From: a virus
Taxonomy: Duplodnaviria > Caudoviricetes
DNA: 64,000 nt
Virus record (IMG/VR): IMGVR_UViG_2531839647_000001
Location: 3,759 to 67,758 of that record
Direction: 5' to 3' (one strand)
The position numbers and the translations under genes are program-made. This document shows, in pieces, positions 8,160 through 19,562 of the stretch. How positions within the stretch are numbered: the first letter of the stretch is position 1; every line of letters starts with the position of its first letter. Under the pieces are notes generated by a model, which saw nothing but the letters and a program-made list of their open reading frames with translations, was not told the origin of the DNA and made no database searches.

Positions 8160-11100
8160 TTACCACAAACCTAATTTAACCCGTGCAACATTATTATCGT
8201 CGTAAACCGTAATTAAGCTTCCACTTAGAACCATACGAGCACCATTAGGCTTTGCAGGATCCTTGTAGGTAGTTAAGGTCCCCAACTCACCAGCAATCGC
8301 GCTCAATTTATCGACTTTAAACAGTTCAGCTGTTAAAGACTTCGCTTTGAAGTTTGATGCGGTCAAATTCTTAATAAATACATCACTATTCATAATGACC
8401 TGATTGTCTTGAATTATGAACGGCATATATTTGGTAGAAGATGTACCAGTAGTGAAGAAAATCTTATCAGCTTGGAATCCAATAGAACTGAGCACAGTTC
8501 CATTCGTTTGCTCGCTGACCATAGACATTCCAGAGAACACACCATTATTATCCATTCCCATTACGTACTTACCTTTCACACCATCAATCAAGTCTGCTTG
8601 TGATTTAAGCTTGATAGCATTTTGGCCGTAAACAGAAACCAGTGTTTGTAATGCACCAGCATATGCCCCCACATCAGTTGTATATGTGGTTTTGAAATTT
8701 TCGAAATCAGCTATGTTGTCAGCATCTTCAATATCGATAAAGTCTAGATCCACTTCACCAGCTTTACCTGAATAGTTACCAATGAATACAGGTGTAAAGA
8801 AAGCAGCTTTGTTTGCGAATGTTTTAGGGCTTAGTAGAGTGCCAGCACCTGCACTTGCACCAGCAGATCTACCTTTGAAATATGCAGTTCCAGTTATCCA
8901 AGTTCCCAGCGCTGGAGCGGTACCAGCGACTAGATAGTGACTTGCACCAATATCATTGATTTCAGAGTTATCTTGAGCAATATATTTTGTTTTATTGGCG
9001 TTTTGACATGTCGCGCCAACATAAACAACTCCGGTACCACTTACACGGCGGAATCTATACTTAACTCGGTAATATTTATTGTCATCAATAGGCAAAGATG
9101 CAAACCAATTTAACCAAGCTTCATCATTTCCAACGTTATTACCTATTCTTAGTGCATATCCCCCACGGCAAGTTGCATCGGCCACTAAATTAAGCTCAGG
9201 TTTATTTCCACTTGGTGTTTTTACTAACCAATCTTTTTGCCATGTATCTAGTACTGAAGCCATGATCTTTTGACCATTTGCAGAATACAGAGCAGACATT
9301 CTTTCAGTTGAAGATGCGATTGCTTCATTCGTCTTGGTAGACGTCATGTAATCACGCTCTAATGACGCTTTTGTAGTTGATGCTAAGTCTTTTGCAGAAT
9401 CGGCTATCTCTTTCGCCTTTTCAGATATTGCTCTTACCAGTGCTTGACGTGCATTGTGAACGTTAGCAAAGTTGGTAATAAACTGATTTCGGTCAATCGT
9501 AATAGTTGCATTCATATTGGCGAATAAAGCGGCTAAATAAGTATTTAAAGTACTGAATGCCGTAGCATAAGCAGCTGAAGAGATTCCATAAGTGACAGCT
9601 TCAGCTCTTAAGCTTGCATCAGTTTGATAAAGTGTATCCCAGACCAACTTCGCCTGTTTTTTCTCAACGGGTGTGAGTTTATTATCAGCTGCAATATCAC
9701 TTAACTGGGCCATTGGAACGTCCACTTTGGCTTGTGAGCCTGCAGTGGTTTCCATCATTGAAGTGACTGTGAATGGAGTAACCGACTTATAAACGGTTAA
9801 ATCTGTTTCAATAGCCGCTGACCACCCATCCTTAAAGTTATCTGGCGGGTTTGTATGAGTAATTGTTGCTGACTCAACAGTAATAGCTGGATATGACCAA
9901 GCATCTTTTTTGGTAATTAAGATGCACACCTTATTATTGCTATCTAAAGCTAAAGCCAAACCTTTAGTCGTAGCATTACTATCATCTAAAGTGATACCAA
10001 AAGAACGAGAAGTCATATTTGGATAAAATGGCACTGTTGACGTATAGGCATAGAATGCCAAGTCCAAATCAAAAATATTATCTTCCTTATTGTTGTAGTT
10101 ATAACCAGAGATTTTAACCTTGGTCATGAAGGCACCAATTGTAATTGGTGTCTTAATTACAAGTGTACCTGTAGTCGTGATTGGTTGACGCCATGTCAAA
10201 GGTTTCACGAAAATCTTGCCTCCACCTGAACCAAGTGGTTGCACACTCATAGCATTCGTATACTCAGAAGTTAATTTTTGTGATGAAGCGGCAATAGCAC
10301 GTTCTACATTTGTATTCGTTAAATCTGAATTAAGAATATAAGCGCTACTTTTACTATCTAACTTTGAATTCATCTCAGTTAGTTTAGCCGCCCAAGTTTC
10401 TTTGAAATTAGTTAATGTTGAAATAGAGTCTGTAGCAGTAGATACAAAGTCTTGTAATGTCGGGTCAGCTGAAGCGTAATCAGTCACATCATATTGCTCA
10501 ATTTGAGCTAAGGTCCAAACTAACGGCGCAGTAGCTGTTGGTGTAGATCCTCCCGCCACATAAACATGTCCTGAGTTAGAAAAAGTACCCACAGCACCAC
10601 ATTTAATCATTCGAATATATGTTTCGAATTTGCCTGTACCCTCAGTACTGCCAATGAATCTATCAATTGCACCGGTTCCCATTAAATTGCCAGCATTCAT
10701 TAACTTATATCCAACTGGTAACTTGATTAAATACTTGATGACAAAAACAGCATTTGCACGGCCATAAACAAGTTGGAAAAATCCACCCCACGTTGGGTTG
10801 GCAGCACCAATGGTTTTAATTTCAATTTCATGGGTTGAGGTAGTTGGGTTGTCAGAACTTTTCGCGACTCGTGTAACTGTCACGTTCCCATTGCCTGCAT
10901 TGTTATAGACAGATACACCATTGTTACCTTTCTTGAAATTTACGTCTCCCTGCAACAATTTTCCATTCGTAATCATCATTGCCAGCATTGTTGTGTTTTC
11001 TAATGCCGAGCCAAGATTATTTGTACTTGTTTGAAGCTGAGAAATTTCAGTATTTCTAAGTGTAGCTAGATCCTGTGAAGTTTGGTCAGCTGTAGCTTTC

Positions 11101-14100
11101 GTTGTTTTTACTACAGAAGATAAACCACCAGGTACAGTTGCATCATATTGTTGAATTTGCTGAGCTATAACCCCCTTATTAACATCAGCCTTGATAAAAG
11201 TATCTTCAACAAATTGAGCATTTTGTTTAAGAGACGATCTAAATCCACCCCTAAAATTTGGCGCTGAATTCCCCCGACTGATAAACATATTGGTTACAGT
11301 AAATGTTCCCCCAGATGGAGCATTATCAAACCGTAAACCCAATGGAATAGCTTCATAAGCAGAGGCTTTTAAATCAGATGGGAAAATACCAGTAAGTTCT
11401 ATTTCACCACTTGCAGCTACAACAAACGAAGGTAACCCAACACTATAAGTTGCACCATGAAATTGAATATTACATGTAGCCCCAACTAATCCAGCTGCAG
11501 CTGTATATTTAATTCTTGCAACAATTGGATCACCTTTATCAATTGGAATTTCCTTGTGTTTATATTGCAGTTCCCAAACAGCTACGGTTCGGTTTGTACC
11601 AGTTGCGATACTTAAATTTTTAGTATCATCACCAAGTAAAATCCAGTTCTCTTCTGAATAACGTAAAGTATCAAGTTGTGCTTTAAAGACTTTGATTTCC
11701 TCAGCAAATACTTCTTTCGCATCAGATCTTGTAATTTTTTCTTGAAGAATTTGTGCGTGGTTTTCTAAAACCTTTTGTAAGTTTCCACTATTGTTTGCCA
11801 GACCAATCGGGATACCACTAACAACTTGAACTGCAAGCATGATTTGCTTTGCCCCATTTGGTCCAGTATCAGGTGTTGCATGCAATTCAATACCGCGACC
11901 TGAACCAATCCCTTTCTGACCAACTAAAATGTATGCATCCCGACCTGTTATTTGATCAAGTGTGAATGGATTGGCACCTAATGAAATTAGTGCATTCTTA
12001 ACTGGTGCTAGGTTTACACCAATACTGTCGTAGTTTGTAACGATAACAAAGGTGTCATTTGGAATCGCAGCAATAGCGTTACTCATTGCCGTAGCATTTG
12101 CTACAGCTGCATAAGTATCATATCTAGTTGAAGAAGCTATAGAACCATCAGCTGCTAAAACATGGACTGAAAAACCACGTGCTGAAGCTACTGATTTGAT
12201 TTCACCTTTTAAGTTTTTAATCCCTGTGAAAAAGCCATTCCAGCCACATGAATAAACACGGTAATTGAAAACTTGACCAAGTTCCTGATTTAATTGTTTA
12301 TAACTTGATTCCAAGTTATTAATAGACTGTGTAGTGTTCTGTTGATTATCACTAATAGTTGAATTAATTTCCTGAAATTTACCATCTACAGCAGTTTTAT
12401 TATTGTCTACAGTAGATTTTAAAGTCGTATAATTCTCTGCAAGTGAAGTAATCTTTTCACCGTTTTTTTGAACATCCGCTTTAGTACCCTCAATTGCAGA
12501 AGCATTAGCTTCGAGGGCCTTAACAAGCTCACGTGGGTTTTTTCTAAATCCAGTTGCTAACTCCCCCTTTTCGATTTGTACTTCTCTAATTGCAAAATCA
12601 GGGGCAAATCCAGTCTGTGCATATAAAATAATATTAATATTATTTAGATTTGCCACATTGGTTTTAAATGTAAAAGTACAAAGTGTTTCTTTATCAGTAT
12701 TAATTTGCCATGAACTACCAAGTTGATTATTACTTGAACCATCAAATCGATGAATAATTAAAAGCAAACTTGTTTGAGCCGCAGTGAGAGATTTTGCCTT
12801 AAATGACAAGGTATATGTTTGATCAATCTCCAACCCATCTTCTGAAGTTAGTTGTTCAAAAAAACCTTTGAATGCAGTTGTTGTATTTGTTGATCTAAAA
12901 CGTCCCCAATTTGCTCCATTTTGGTCCTTATAGACCTCCATAACGCTACCAGCAACGTTTGCATTAATACGCCAGTTAGACAAAGCAAACGGCTGTGAAA
13001 AATCACCATTTTTAATTATGTTGTCACCACCACTTGATGAAATAGCAGCTTTAATAATTTTGCTTTCTTCCGCAATGGCCTGGTTAGTTTCTGTTTTGGT
13101 GTAACGAGTACTATCAAGAGTTGCAGAACTGTTAGTCCATAGATCACCAAATTTTTGACGGAATTTGGCTTCAAGTGATTCCGTAGCAGCGGAGATTGCT
13201 TTCGTGGTATCTGACTTACTTGAATAATCAACAAGAATAGAAGACTTAACAATAGTGCTGTCTACATCTGATTCATTTAGAACTGGAGTAATTCTATATG
13301 CTTGTGCTTCCCACCAGCCAGCATTACCTGTATGCCCTAAAGCAATACCTAACTGAATTTGAGGATAGGTTTCTGCAACTGAAGTCATGTTGATGACTTT
13401 AGAAATAAGAGTCCAAGTCTCATTTGCAGGAATTTCTGCTACTGGAACCGCTACGCTCGTATAGTTTGCTATTGAAAATACGCCATCATTTTTTGCACGG
13501 CCAATTGGGATGTAACAAAGACCATTTGAATCAGAGCTTCGGCGAACGAGGAAACTCACAATATATGCACGTGTATTCGGTAGGGTTTGTTTATTGTAAT
13601 TAAAGCAGTTGGCAGGGTTAGAAGTGTCCTTTCTAAATACAGTATTACCAATTTTCCCCGTAGTTGTAGTTTTAAAATATTGAGACATGTCCCAGCCGTA
13701 ATGGCTATACCACATTTCAGGATTCTTACAGTTGTAGTCCCCAGCTAAAGAATCACTGTCATTTGCGGACTTAAGTGCCTCATCCAATTTTGTAAGAGAT
13801 GTATTAAATGTTTTTGTTTGTGAGGCTGTAACTTCGTCTAATTTTGCATTCGTAGCGTAATTATTTAATGCCTGTGCCGTATTATTGACTTTCTTCTCTA
13901 CATCAGTCATTCCAGATTCAAGTTTTGAAGTCCGCTGTGCCAATGCTCCACTTTCAGTAACATAAGTTTGCTTAAACTCATTCAGACTTGCTGAAACCTG
14001 ATCAAATGCCGCATTGAAGTCATATGGACTGGCAATCCAACTATCTGTCGTTATTAGTTCGCCTTTAACTAATACAGCCCAATAAACTGTACCTACACTA

Positions 14101-17100
14101 TTCTTGTCTGCAGTAGGCTTGTTAAGCATGTAGAAGTGAACTTCATTTGCCGTACCAGCTGAAGTCTTCGTAAAGGTGATTTTGCTAATTACCTTACCCG
14201 ATGTGTTAATCACCTGCTGTAAAAACTGACTTCCTCCACCAGCATAAACAGCTAAATTTGAGTTTGTATCACCAGCTCCACGAGTATGCTCAGCACACCA
14301 TAGAAGTGTGTACTTTGCCCCTACTTCCCAATCTTCACCAAGTTTATAGCGTAAATGGGGATATGAAACGCCATTGTACGTTCCTACCACATTAGATTTA
14401 ATCAATAGATTCGTACCAGCTGGGGCCGACTTGTTAAGATTGGCAGATAAAGTATTAGCCTGCTCAGTAACAGCTTTAATCTGTCCAGCTTGTTCTGTTA
14501 CTTGTGATTTTGTTGTATCTAATGCTTCTGTTGAGGCTTTTTTACTAACTTCGGTATTTGTTAAAGTTAGATCATTTCTAAGCTTTGAAATATCTATACT
14601 TTGAGAAGATAAACTATCACCATGCTTCTTCACTTCAGCTTGAGTAACTTTAATCGCTTCAGCATTAGCACTTAATGAGCTTTGAGTATCTCGCGGGCTT
14701 GGGCTCCACGCTGTGGCTTTATTGCCCGCTTCGATCTGTAATTTTTGAATAGTTGGAATTCGACCTGAGCCATATGTTCCATAAAACTCAATAGTAGATT
14801 CGGTAGTGCTACCAGTATGTACTTTAGGAAAAACAGTAACTGCAAATTTTTGAAATTCGCCTGCTTTAGTGACTGTTACTGAGGTTGTGAAAAAATGAGC
14901 GGATCCATTAGAAGAATAAACTTGTACCGTTCCAGCAACCGGTACACTCACTTCAAAAGAAATGGTAACCGGTTTATCTAAATTTTCGTCATAAAAAGCT
15001 TTTAACTCCTTGCTTCGTTCATACATTAGGTATTCACGGCTTGTAGGTGCAGTTGAACTTCTTGGAGCTTCTGAATTTGCTACCGCATTAACACCACCAA
15101 TTTTAATATTTTCGACTGCAGCAGTGATATCAGTAGCCACACGTCCCATTGCACTATCAAGATCATTCTTTGTTGCAGTTTTTAATAGCGCTTGGGCGTT
15201 GCTTTGAATGCCTGTTTCAGCATTCTGCATTCTTGATTCAAGCTTACTTGTGCGTTCAGCTTCTGCTTCAGTTCTATTCGTTGCTGTTTTGAATAAATCA
15301 TTTGCAGTTGCTGTTGCATCATTAGCAGAAGCTAAAGAGTTGTTATCTTCAACAATAATGTAATTAAGCTGACAAACTCCTGTCTGGAAGTTATAGTTTG
15401 CAATAAACATTGGGGCATAATATTCAGCTTGTGCTGGGAAAGTACGCGGATTATCAATTGTCCCTAAACCAGTTGCCGCCCCAGTAGATTTACCTTTCAT
15501 GTATAGAACTACTTCTTGCCACTCACCTAGATTAGGCTTAACGGCTGACAATAAGTAGTTAGAAGAACCCATATCTCCTGCAAGGGAGTTTGTAGTCGTT
15601 ACGTATTTACTTTTATCTGCATTTTTACATGCAACCCCAAGATAAATAGTTCCAGATTCCCCAAAAACACGGCGGAAACGTGCACGTACCCGATAAAGAG
15701 TATCTGGATTAATCTTTACAAACTCGTTCCAATGAACCCATGCCTCATCATTACCGGCATTATTCCCAAGCTCAAGAATATAGCCGCCAAATGCATCAGC
15801 ATCTTGAATTACTTTTGCTTCACCAGTGGTACGCCAATGTGTCCAATCATCAATACCTTTTGAAGTTACAACTGCACGAATACCAGTCGTTACTTGCGTT
15901 TGTGACATCAAGCTTAAAAGATTTTGAGAAAGGGCTTCAGTAGCTTTTACTGCGGTTGTTCCTGTTTGCTGAGCTTCTGCAGCATTATCAAAAGCTAATT
16001 TAGCAATATCATCAGTAGTCTTAATTGATGATGTAAGACCAGATATTTTTGTATTTGTATTACTTTCTAAGGTCGATACACTTTTTTGAACATCAGTAAT
16101 TTGCCCTTGTACCTTTAAATTTTCTTTAGAGATACTTGAATCTAATTGTGAAAATTTAGAGGTAGTAGACTTTTCAAATTCAGCGAGCGATTCAGAAACT
16201 TCTAGAATATTTGCTTTAGTTTGTCGATCTGCTTCTTCCAATGCTGCTTTTGTTTGGTCAATACGTAATGTTAAGGCTTTATCACCATCAGAAATTGACT
16301 GTGTAATCGTAGCTAATTCTGAAGTTGTTTTAGTCTTATTTGAATTATAGTCAGTCTTTAGTTCTTCAAGTTTTTTTGCTTCAGAAACAACCTTCTCATC
16401 CACAAGTTTTACAGATGATTCAACCTTTTCAATATATGAAGCATTACCAGTAATTTGATCACGCCATGCTTTTGGTATGGTGTCATTAAGTGCCGTAATG
16501 TCCCAGACTTCATAATCAGCAAGAATTACATCAACCGGGCTTGTAGTGCTTGGCAAAGGTGGATTAGAGCCCGCAATAACACGGAAATGCCCATGGATAG
16601 CTGCAGGCGCATCATAGCCACACTGAACAACAGAGTAATAAACCTCAAATTTGCCTGTTCCTTCTTTATTCCCAAGTACACGTAAATAACCACCCGTACC
16701 TGTAGCATTCCCAACCGGTAATAAATAAGTGCCCTTTGGCATTTTAATAATTTGTTTTATTAAATAAGTTTTATTTGGCGCAGCAACTAGTGTTGGTACC
16801 GTTGGATACCATCCACCACCATGAGAGGCTGTTGCTCTTAATAGCATCTCATGTGTGCTATTTACTGGGTTATCCGTAGATTTAGCTTGTCGAGTAAGTG
16901 TTGTGCCCGCAGGAACCGCATAAGCGCTTAATCCCCCATTCCCAGATAGAAATGTAGGATCGTCACGTAAAGGCTTACCAAGTGATTGCATTCGCGCTAA
17001 CTCGGTAGCATTTAACAAACTTGCATTTGTGGTATCTAAACTTGCTTGAATTTGATCAGTCTTTTCAGCAACAGACTTACCAAGATCAACTACTGTACGT

Positions 17101-18659
17101 TCAACATTATTAATTGCAGCTTTGTTATCACCAATTTGAGACTGAGCAGTACTAATTTGTTCAGTTATAGCTTTATCTTTTGCTGCAAGAGTTTTAATTT
17201 CTTCTGAGATTAAGGCGTTTGATTTTCCCAATTCAGTTTGCATTTCAGCAAACTTAAGCTCAAAGCTTTGAGTTAATGCCTCTTTATCATTTGCACGTGC
17301 TTCAGCTTCAGCTAGAAAGCCCGAATCGACTTTCTTATTAAGGTCAACATACTGGGCTGCAACTTGATCTACTTTTTTAACTGCAGCTTCAGTTTGGCTC
17401 ACAATAGGTTCAATTTTTTGATTAATGAGAGTATTAGTTTCTTCACCTAATGCTAATTTAGCATCATCAATCATTTGACCTGCTTTAACTAAGTTTTGAT
17501 CAATATCTTGTTTTAAAGCGGCTTTTGTTTGGTCTATTACAATAAGAGTTTCAGCTGCTTGCTTATTTCGGTCTAGAACTTCTTGATCTGCAACTTTTTT
17601 TGCGTTTTCAGCTAATATGCGAATTTCATCTGCATCACTTCTAACATCATCAATGATTGAATCAGTTTCTCTTTTGATAAAACCAATTTTGTCATCAAGT
17701 TCTTTCTCAGCTCGAATAGCCCGTTGTTGAGCATCAGCAACCAACGCCTCATTCGCTTGAATTGATTGATCAATACGTTGATTTGCTTCATCCAAACGAA
17801 TATTTGCATCACTTACATGCTGCTCAACAATCTGTTTTGTATCAATAATTTCTTGATCAATATAAGCCCGAATTTCATCAACTTTACTTTGTGCTATCTG
17901 ACCTACTTCTTTTACTTGGTCATGAATTTTTTGCACTTCTTCATCAATGTGATTAATACCTTCTTCAAGCAATTTGAAGGCATCAGAGTCTTTAATATTA
18001 TCTATTAACTCTTCTACTTCTTTTATTTTTTCATCAATTTCTTGGCTTACTTGGTCTTTATTTTCATCAATTTTTTCGCCTTGTTCTTTTAACTCCTCCT
18101 TTAAACCCTCTAACTTATCAAGAGCACCTTTTAATGCACCCTCAATTGACTTAGGGTCAATAGGTACACCTGCAACCGTAAGAGTTGTACCAACGGCCAT
18201 ACTTCCCGCAACAGAACTATTGCCAGCGACTGAAGTATTACCCACTACAGTGCTATTTCCCGTTAATGTGCTATTACCAGTTTGTTGTGTATTAGCTTGT
18301 ACATTCATCAACGGTGTTTTGATCGAAACGGTTGTACCAGAATCTACTTTTAAATTTTCTTTAGAGATAAATTCAATATTGTCTTGTCGAATACGGCGCA
18401 CACCTACAATCGCGCCGTCTCCATGACTGACATAACTATGGATTACTGGACGTTCTTCATTGCCATTTTCGAAAAAGACATAGACGTCTTCCCCATCTAC
18501 AATTTGAATTTCTGTATCTAAATCACTATCACCGACTGGATAGGCAAAAGTTGCTGTAATGCCTTCACTCGCGCCATCTGTTAAACCATGAATGTGTACT
18601 TGTGCAGTACGACCTTTTGCGTTGTAACTTAAAATCTTTGCACGTTTTAAACCATTCAT
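8160..18659 (-). CDS. Giant (3499 aa) spike/central-fibre protein: gpV-like N-terminus, coiled coils, carbohydrate-binding modules, ILEI-like domain, J-like (DUF1983-type) C-terminus
   Basis: N-terminal DGEDVYVFFENGNEERPVI OB-fold spike motif and GNSTxxGN beta repeats; C-terminal GFQADKIFF...PFIIQDNQVIMNSDVFIKN...RVKLGLW. Confidence 0.8.
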   Translation of the reverse strand: MNGLKRAKILSYNAKGRTAQVHIHGLTDGASEGITATFAYPVGDSDLDTEIQIVDGEDVYVFFENGNEERPVIHSYVSHGDGAIVGVRRIRQDNIEFISKENLKVDSGTTVSIKTPLMNVQANTQQTGNSTLTGNSTVVGNTSVAGNSSVAGSMAVGTTLTVAGVPIDPKSIEGALKGALDKLEGLKEELKEQGEKIDENKDQVSQEIDEKIKEVEELIDNIKDSDAFKLLEEGINHIDEEVQKIHDQVKEVGQIAQSKVDEIRAYIDQEIIDTKQIVEQHVSDANIRLDEANQRIDQSIQANEALVADAQQRAIRAEKELDDKIGFIKRETDSIIDDVRSDADEIRILAENAKKVADQEVLDRNKQAAETLIVIDQTKAALKQDIDQNLVKAGQMIDDAKLALGEETNTLINQKIEPIVSQTEAAVKKVDQVAAQYVDLNKKVDSGFLAEAEARANDKEALTQSFELKFAEMQTELGKSNALISEEIKTLAAKDKAITEQISTAQSQIGDNKAAINNVERTVVDLGKSVAEKTDQIQASLDTTNASLLNATELARMQSLGKPLRDDPTFLSGNGGLSAYAVPAGTTLTRQAKSTDNPVNSTHEMLLRATASHGGGWYPTVPTLVAAPNKTYLIKQIIKMPKGTYLLPVGNATGTGGYLRVLGNKEGTGKFEVYYSVVQCGYDAPAAIHGHFRVIAGSNPPLPSTTSPVDVILADYEVWDITALNDTIPKAWRDQITGNASYIEKVESSVKLVDEKVVSEAKKLEELKTDYNSNKTKTTSELATITQSISDGDKALTLRIDQTKAALEEADRQTKANILEVSESLAEFEKSTTSKFSQLDSSISKENLKVQGQITDVQKSVSTLESNTNTKISGLTSSIKTTDDIAKLAFDNAAEAQQTGTTAVKATEALSQNLLSLMSQTQVTTGIRAVVTSKGIDDWTHWRTTGEAKVIQDADAFGGYILELGNNAGNDEAWVHWNEFVKINPDTLYRVRARFRRVFGESGTIYLGVACKNADKSKYVTTTNSLAGDMGSSNYLLSAVKPNLGEWQEVVLYMKGKSTGAATGLGTIDNPRTFPAQAEYYAPMFIANYNFQTGVCQLNYIIVEDNNSLASANDATATANDLFKTATNRTEAEAERTSKLESRMQNAETGIQSNAQALLKTATKNDLDSAMGRVATDITAAVENIKIGGVNAVANSEAPRSSTAPTSREYLMYERSKELKAFYDENLDKPVTISFEVSVPVAGTVQVYSSNGSAHFFTTSVTVTKAGEFQKFAVTVFPKVHTGSTTESTIEFYGTYGSGRIPTIQKLQIEAGNKATAWSPSPRDTQSSLSANAEAIKVTQAEVKKHGDSLSSQSIDISKLRNDLTLTNTEVSKKASTEALDTTKSQVTEQAGQIKAVTEQANTLSANLNKSAPAGTNLLIKSNVVGTYNGVSYPHLRYKLGEDWEVGAKYTLLWCAEHTRGAGDTNSNLAVYAGGGSQFLQQVINTSGKVISKITFTKTSAGTANEVHFYMLNKPTADKNSVGTVYWAVLVKGELITTDSWIASPYDFNAAFDQVSASLNEFKQTYVTESGALAQRTSKLESGMTDVEKKVNNTAQALNNYATNAKLDEVTASQTKTFNTSLTKLDEALKSANDSDSLAGDYNCKNPEMWYSHYGWDMSQYFKTTTTGKIGNTVFRKDTSNPANCFNYNKQTLPNTRAYIVSFLVRRSSDSNGLCYIPIGRAKNDGVFSIANYTSVAVPVAEIPANETWTLISKVINMTSVAETYPQIQLGIALGHTGNAGWWEAQAYRITPVLNESDVDSTIVKSSILVDYSSKSDTTKAISAATESLEAKFRQKFGDLWTNSSATLDSTRYTKTETNQAIAEESKIIKAAISSSGGDNIIKNGDFSQPFALSNWRINANVAGSVMEVYKDQNGANWGRFRSTNTTTAFKGFFEQLTSEDGLEIDQTYTLSFKAKSLTAAQTSLLLIIHRFDGSSNNQLGSSWQINTDKETLCTFTFKTNVANLNNINIILYAQTGFAPDFAIREVQIEKGELATGFRKNPRELVKALEANASAIEGTKADVQKNGEKITSLAENYTTLKSTVDNNKTAVDGKFQEINSTISDNQQNTTQSINNLESSYKQLNQELGQVFNYRVYSCGWNGFFTGIKNLKGEIKSVASARGFSVHVLAADGSIASSTRYDTYAAVANATAMSNAIAAIPNDTFVIVTNYDSIGVNLAPVKNALISLGANPFTLDQITGRDAYILVGQKGIGSGRGIELHATPDTGPNGAKQIMLAVQVVSGIPIGLANNSGNLQKVLENHAQILQEKITRSDAKEVFAEEIKVFKAQLDTLRYSEENWILLGDDTKNLSIATGTNRTVAVWELQYKHKEIPIDKGDPIVARIKYTAAAGLVGATCNIQFHGATYSVGLPSFVVAASGEIELTGIFPSDLKASAYEAIPLGLRFDNAPSGGTFTVTNMFISRGNSAPNFRGGFRSSLKQNAQFVEDTFIKADVNKGVIAQQIQQYDATVPGGLSSVVKTTKATADQTSQDLATLRNTEISQLQTSTNNLGSALENTTMLAMMITNGKLLQGDVNFKKGNNGVSVYNNAGNGNVTVTRVAKSSDNPTTSTHEIEIKTIGAANPTWGGFFQLVYGRANAVFVIKYLIKLPVGYKLMNAGNLMGTGAIDRFIGSTEGTGKFETYIRMIKCGAVGTFSNSGHVYVAGGSTPTATAPLVWTLAQIEQYDVTDYASADPTLQDFVSTATDSISTLTNFKETWAAKLTEMNSKLDSKSSAYILNSDLTNTNVERAIAASSQKLTSEYTNAMSVQPLGSGGGKIFVKPLTWRQPITTTGTLVIKTPITIGAFMTKVKISGYNYNNKEDNIFDLDLAFYAYTSTVPFYPNMTSRSFGITLDDSNATTKGLALALDSNNKVCILITKKDAWSYPAITVESATITHTNPPDNFKDGWSAAIETDLTVYKSVTPFTVTSMMETTAGSQAKVDVPMAQLSDIAADNKLTPVEKKQAKLVWDTLYQTDASLRAEAVTYGISSAAYATAFSTLNTYLAALFANMNATITIDRNQFITNFANVHNARQALVRAISEKAKEIADSAKDLASTTKASLERDYMTSTKTNEAIASSTERMSALYSANGQKIMASVLDTWQKDWLVKTPSGNKPELNLVADATCRGGYALRIGNNVGNDEAWLNWFASLPIDDNKYYRVKYRFRRVSGTGVVYVGATCQNANKTKYIAQDNSEINDIGASHYLVAGTAPALGTWITGTAYFKGRSAGASAGAGTLLSPKTFANKAAFFTPVFIGNYSGKAGEVDLDFIDIEDADNIADFENFKTTYTTDVGAYAGALQTLVSVYGQNAIKLKSQADLIDGVKGKYVMGMDNNGVFSGMSMVSEQTNGTVLSSIGFQADKIFFTTGTSSTKYMPFIIQDNQVIMNSDVFIKNLTASNFKAKSLTAELFKVDKLSAIAGELGTLTTYKDPAKPNGARMVLSGSLITVYDDNNVARVKLGLW

Positions 18660-18668
18660 ATATTTGAC

Positions 18669-19562
18669 CTACAAATTAGCAATCCAGAACTTTGATGAAG
18701 TCCCCATTGATCCCCCGATTGCGCCTGTATCTATATGATGTGCAGCAGTTAAAACGACATACTTCTTACTATCTATTTCGAATATATCGCCTGCATTCCA
18801 GTTCAAATTTAGTGGTCTAATAATGGTCCCGCGCATGATCAAAACTTTTTCCAAGTTTTTAACTTGTCGGGCATCTAAACCAGCTCTTTGCGTAACAGTG
18901 TGGCCTGGGGTTATTGAGTCATCACCAACAACCGTTGAACCGTTATTCTCAACTGTGACGAAAGATGATTTTTGCATCAGTTCCAAAGGTTTACTGGATA
19001 TCCAAACGACACTGCTAGGATCTAGTTTTGTGATTGGTTCCTTTTTGAAGAAAGAATCAATTTTTTGAGCAGAAACTTTATTATTTTGAAAGCATATTAC
19101 TGCCGCTTCTTGTTGCAGATAATGAGCCAAACGCTGTGTAGGCATACTCCCCTTTAAACAAACAAATTTAGGCAAAGGTAAATCACTGCCTAAACTGATG
19201 GTTGCACCACAAGCTCGAATTACAGAATTAAAAGAAGTTTCATTACTAATAACTGCTTGCTTTGAATATTCGATAAGTCTTTTACAACCAGCCAAAATAC
19301 CAATACATGAGATGCCACCTACACGGCGATCTTGTTTAATAGTCTGAGTTTTTAGAGGGGTGACTTTGATAAGTTCGAAAGGATGAGATATGTCATTTAC
19401 AGTAAGTTGCTCCCCTTCTTTTAAAAGGGAGTCTAATTCAGTAGTAGATTGAACTGTGAACTCAATAGTCGCAGGAATAGGTACGAGATCAGTTCTTAAA
19501 GTAGCACTAATGAGCTCAGAGGCAGGAATAATTTTACCCGCAGATACAATGGTAATTTGCAT
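18669..19562 (-). CDS. Baseplate hub-like protein
   Basis: Immediately upstream of the spike; C-terminal YVVLTAAHHI pattern resembles gp27/gpD-type hubs. Confidence 0.5.
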   Translation of the reverse strand: MQITIVSAGKIIPASELISATLRTDLVPIPATIEFTVQSTTELDSLLKEGEQLTVNDISHPFELIKVTPLKTQTIKQDRRVGGISCIGILAGCKRLIEYSKQAVISNETSFNSVIRACGATISLGSDLPLPKFVCLKGSMPTQRLAHYLQQEAAVICFQNNKVSAQKIDSFFKKEPITKLDPSSVVWISSKPLELMQKSSFVTVENNGSTVVGDDSITPGHTVTQRAGLDARQVKNLEKVLIMRGTIIRPLNLNWNAGDIFEIDSKKYVVLTAAHHIDTGAIGGSMGTSSKFWIANL

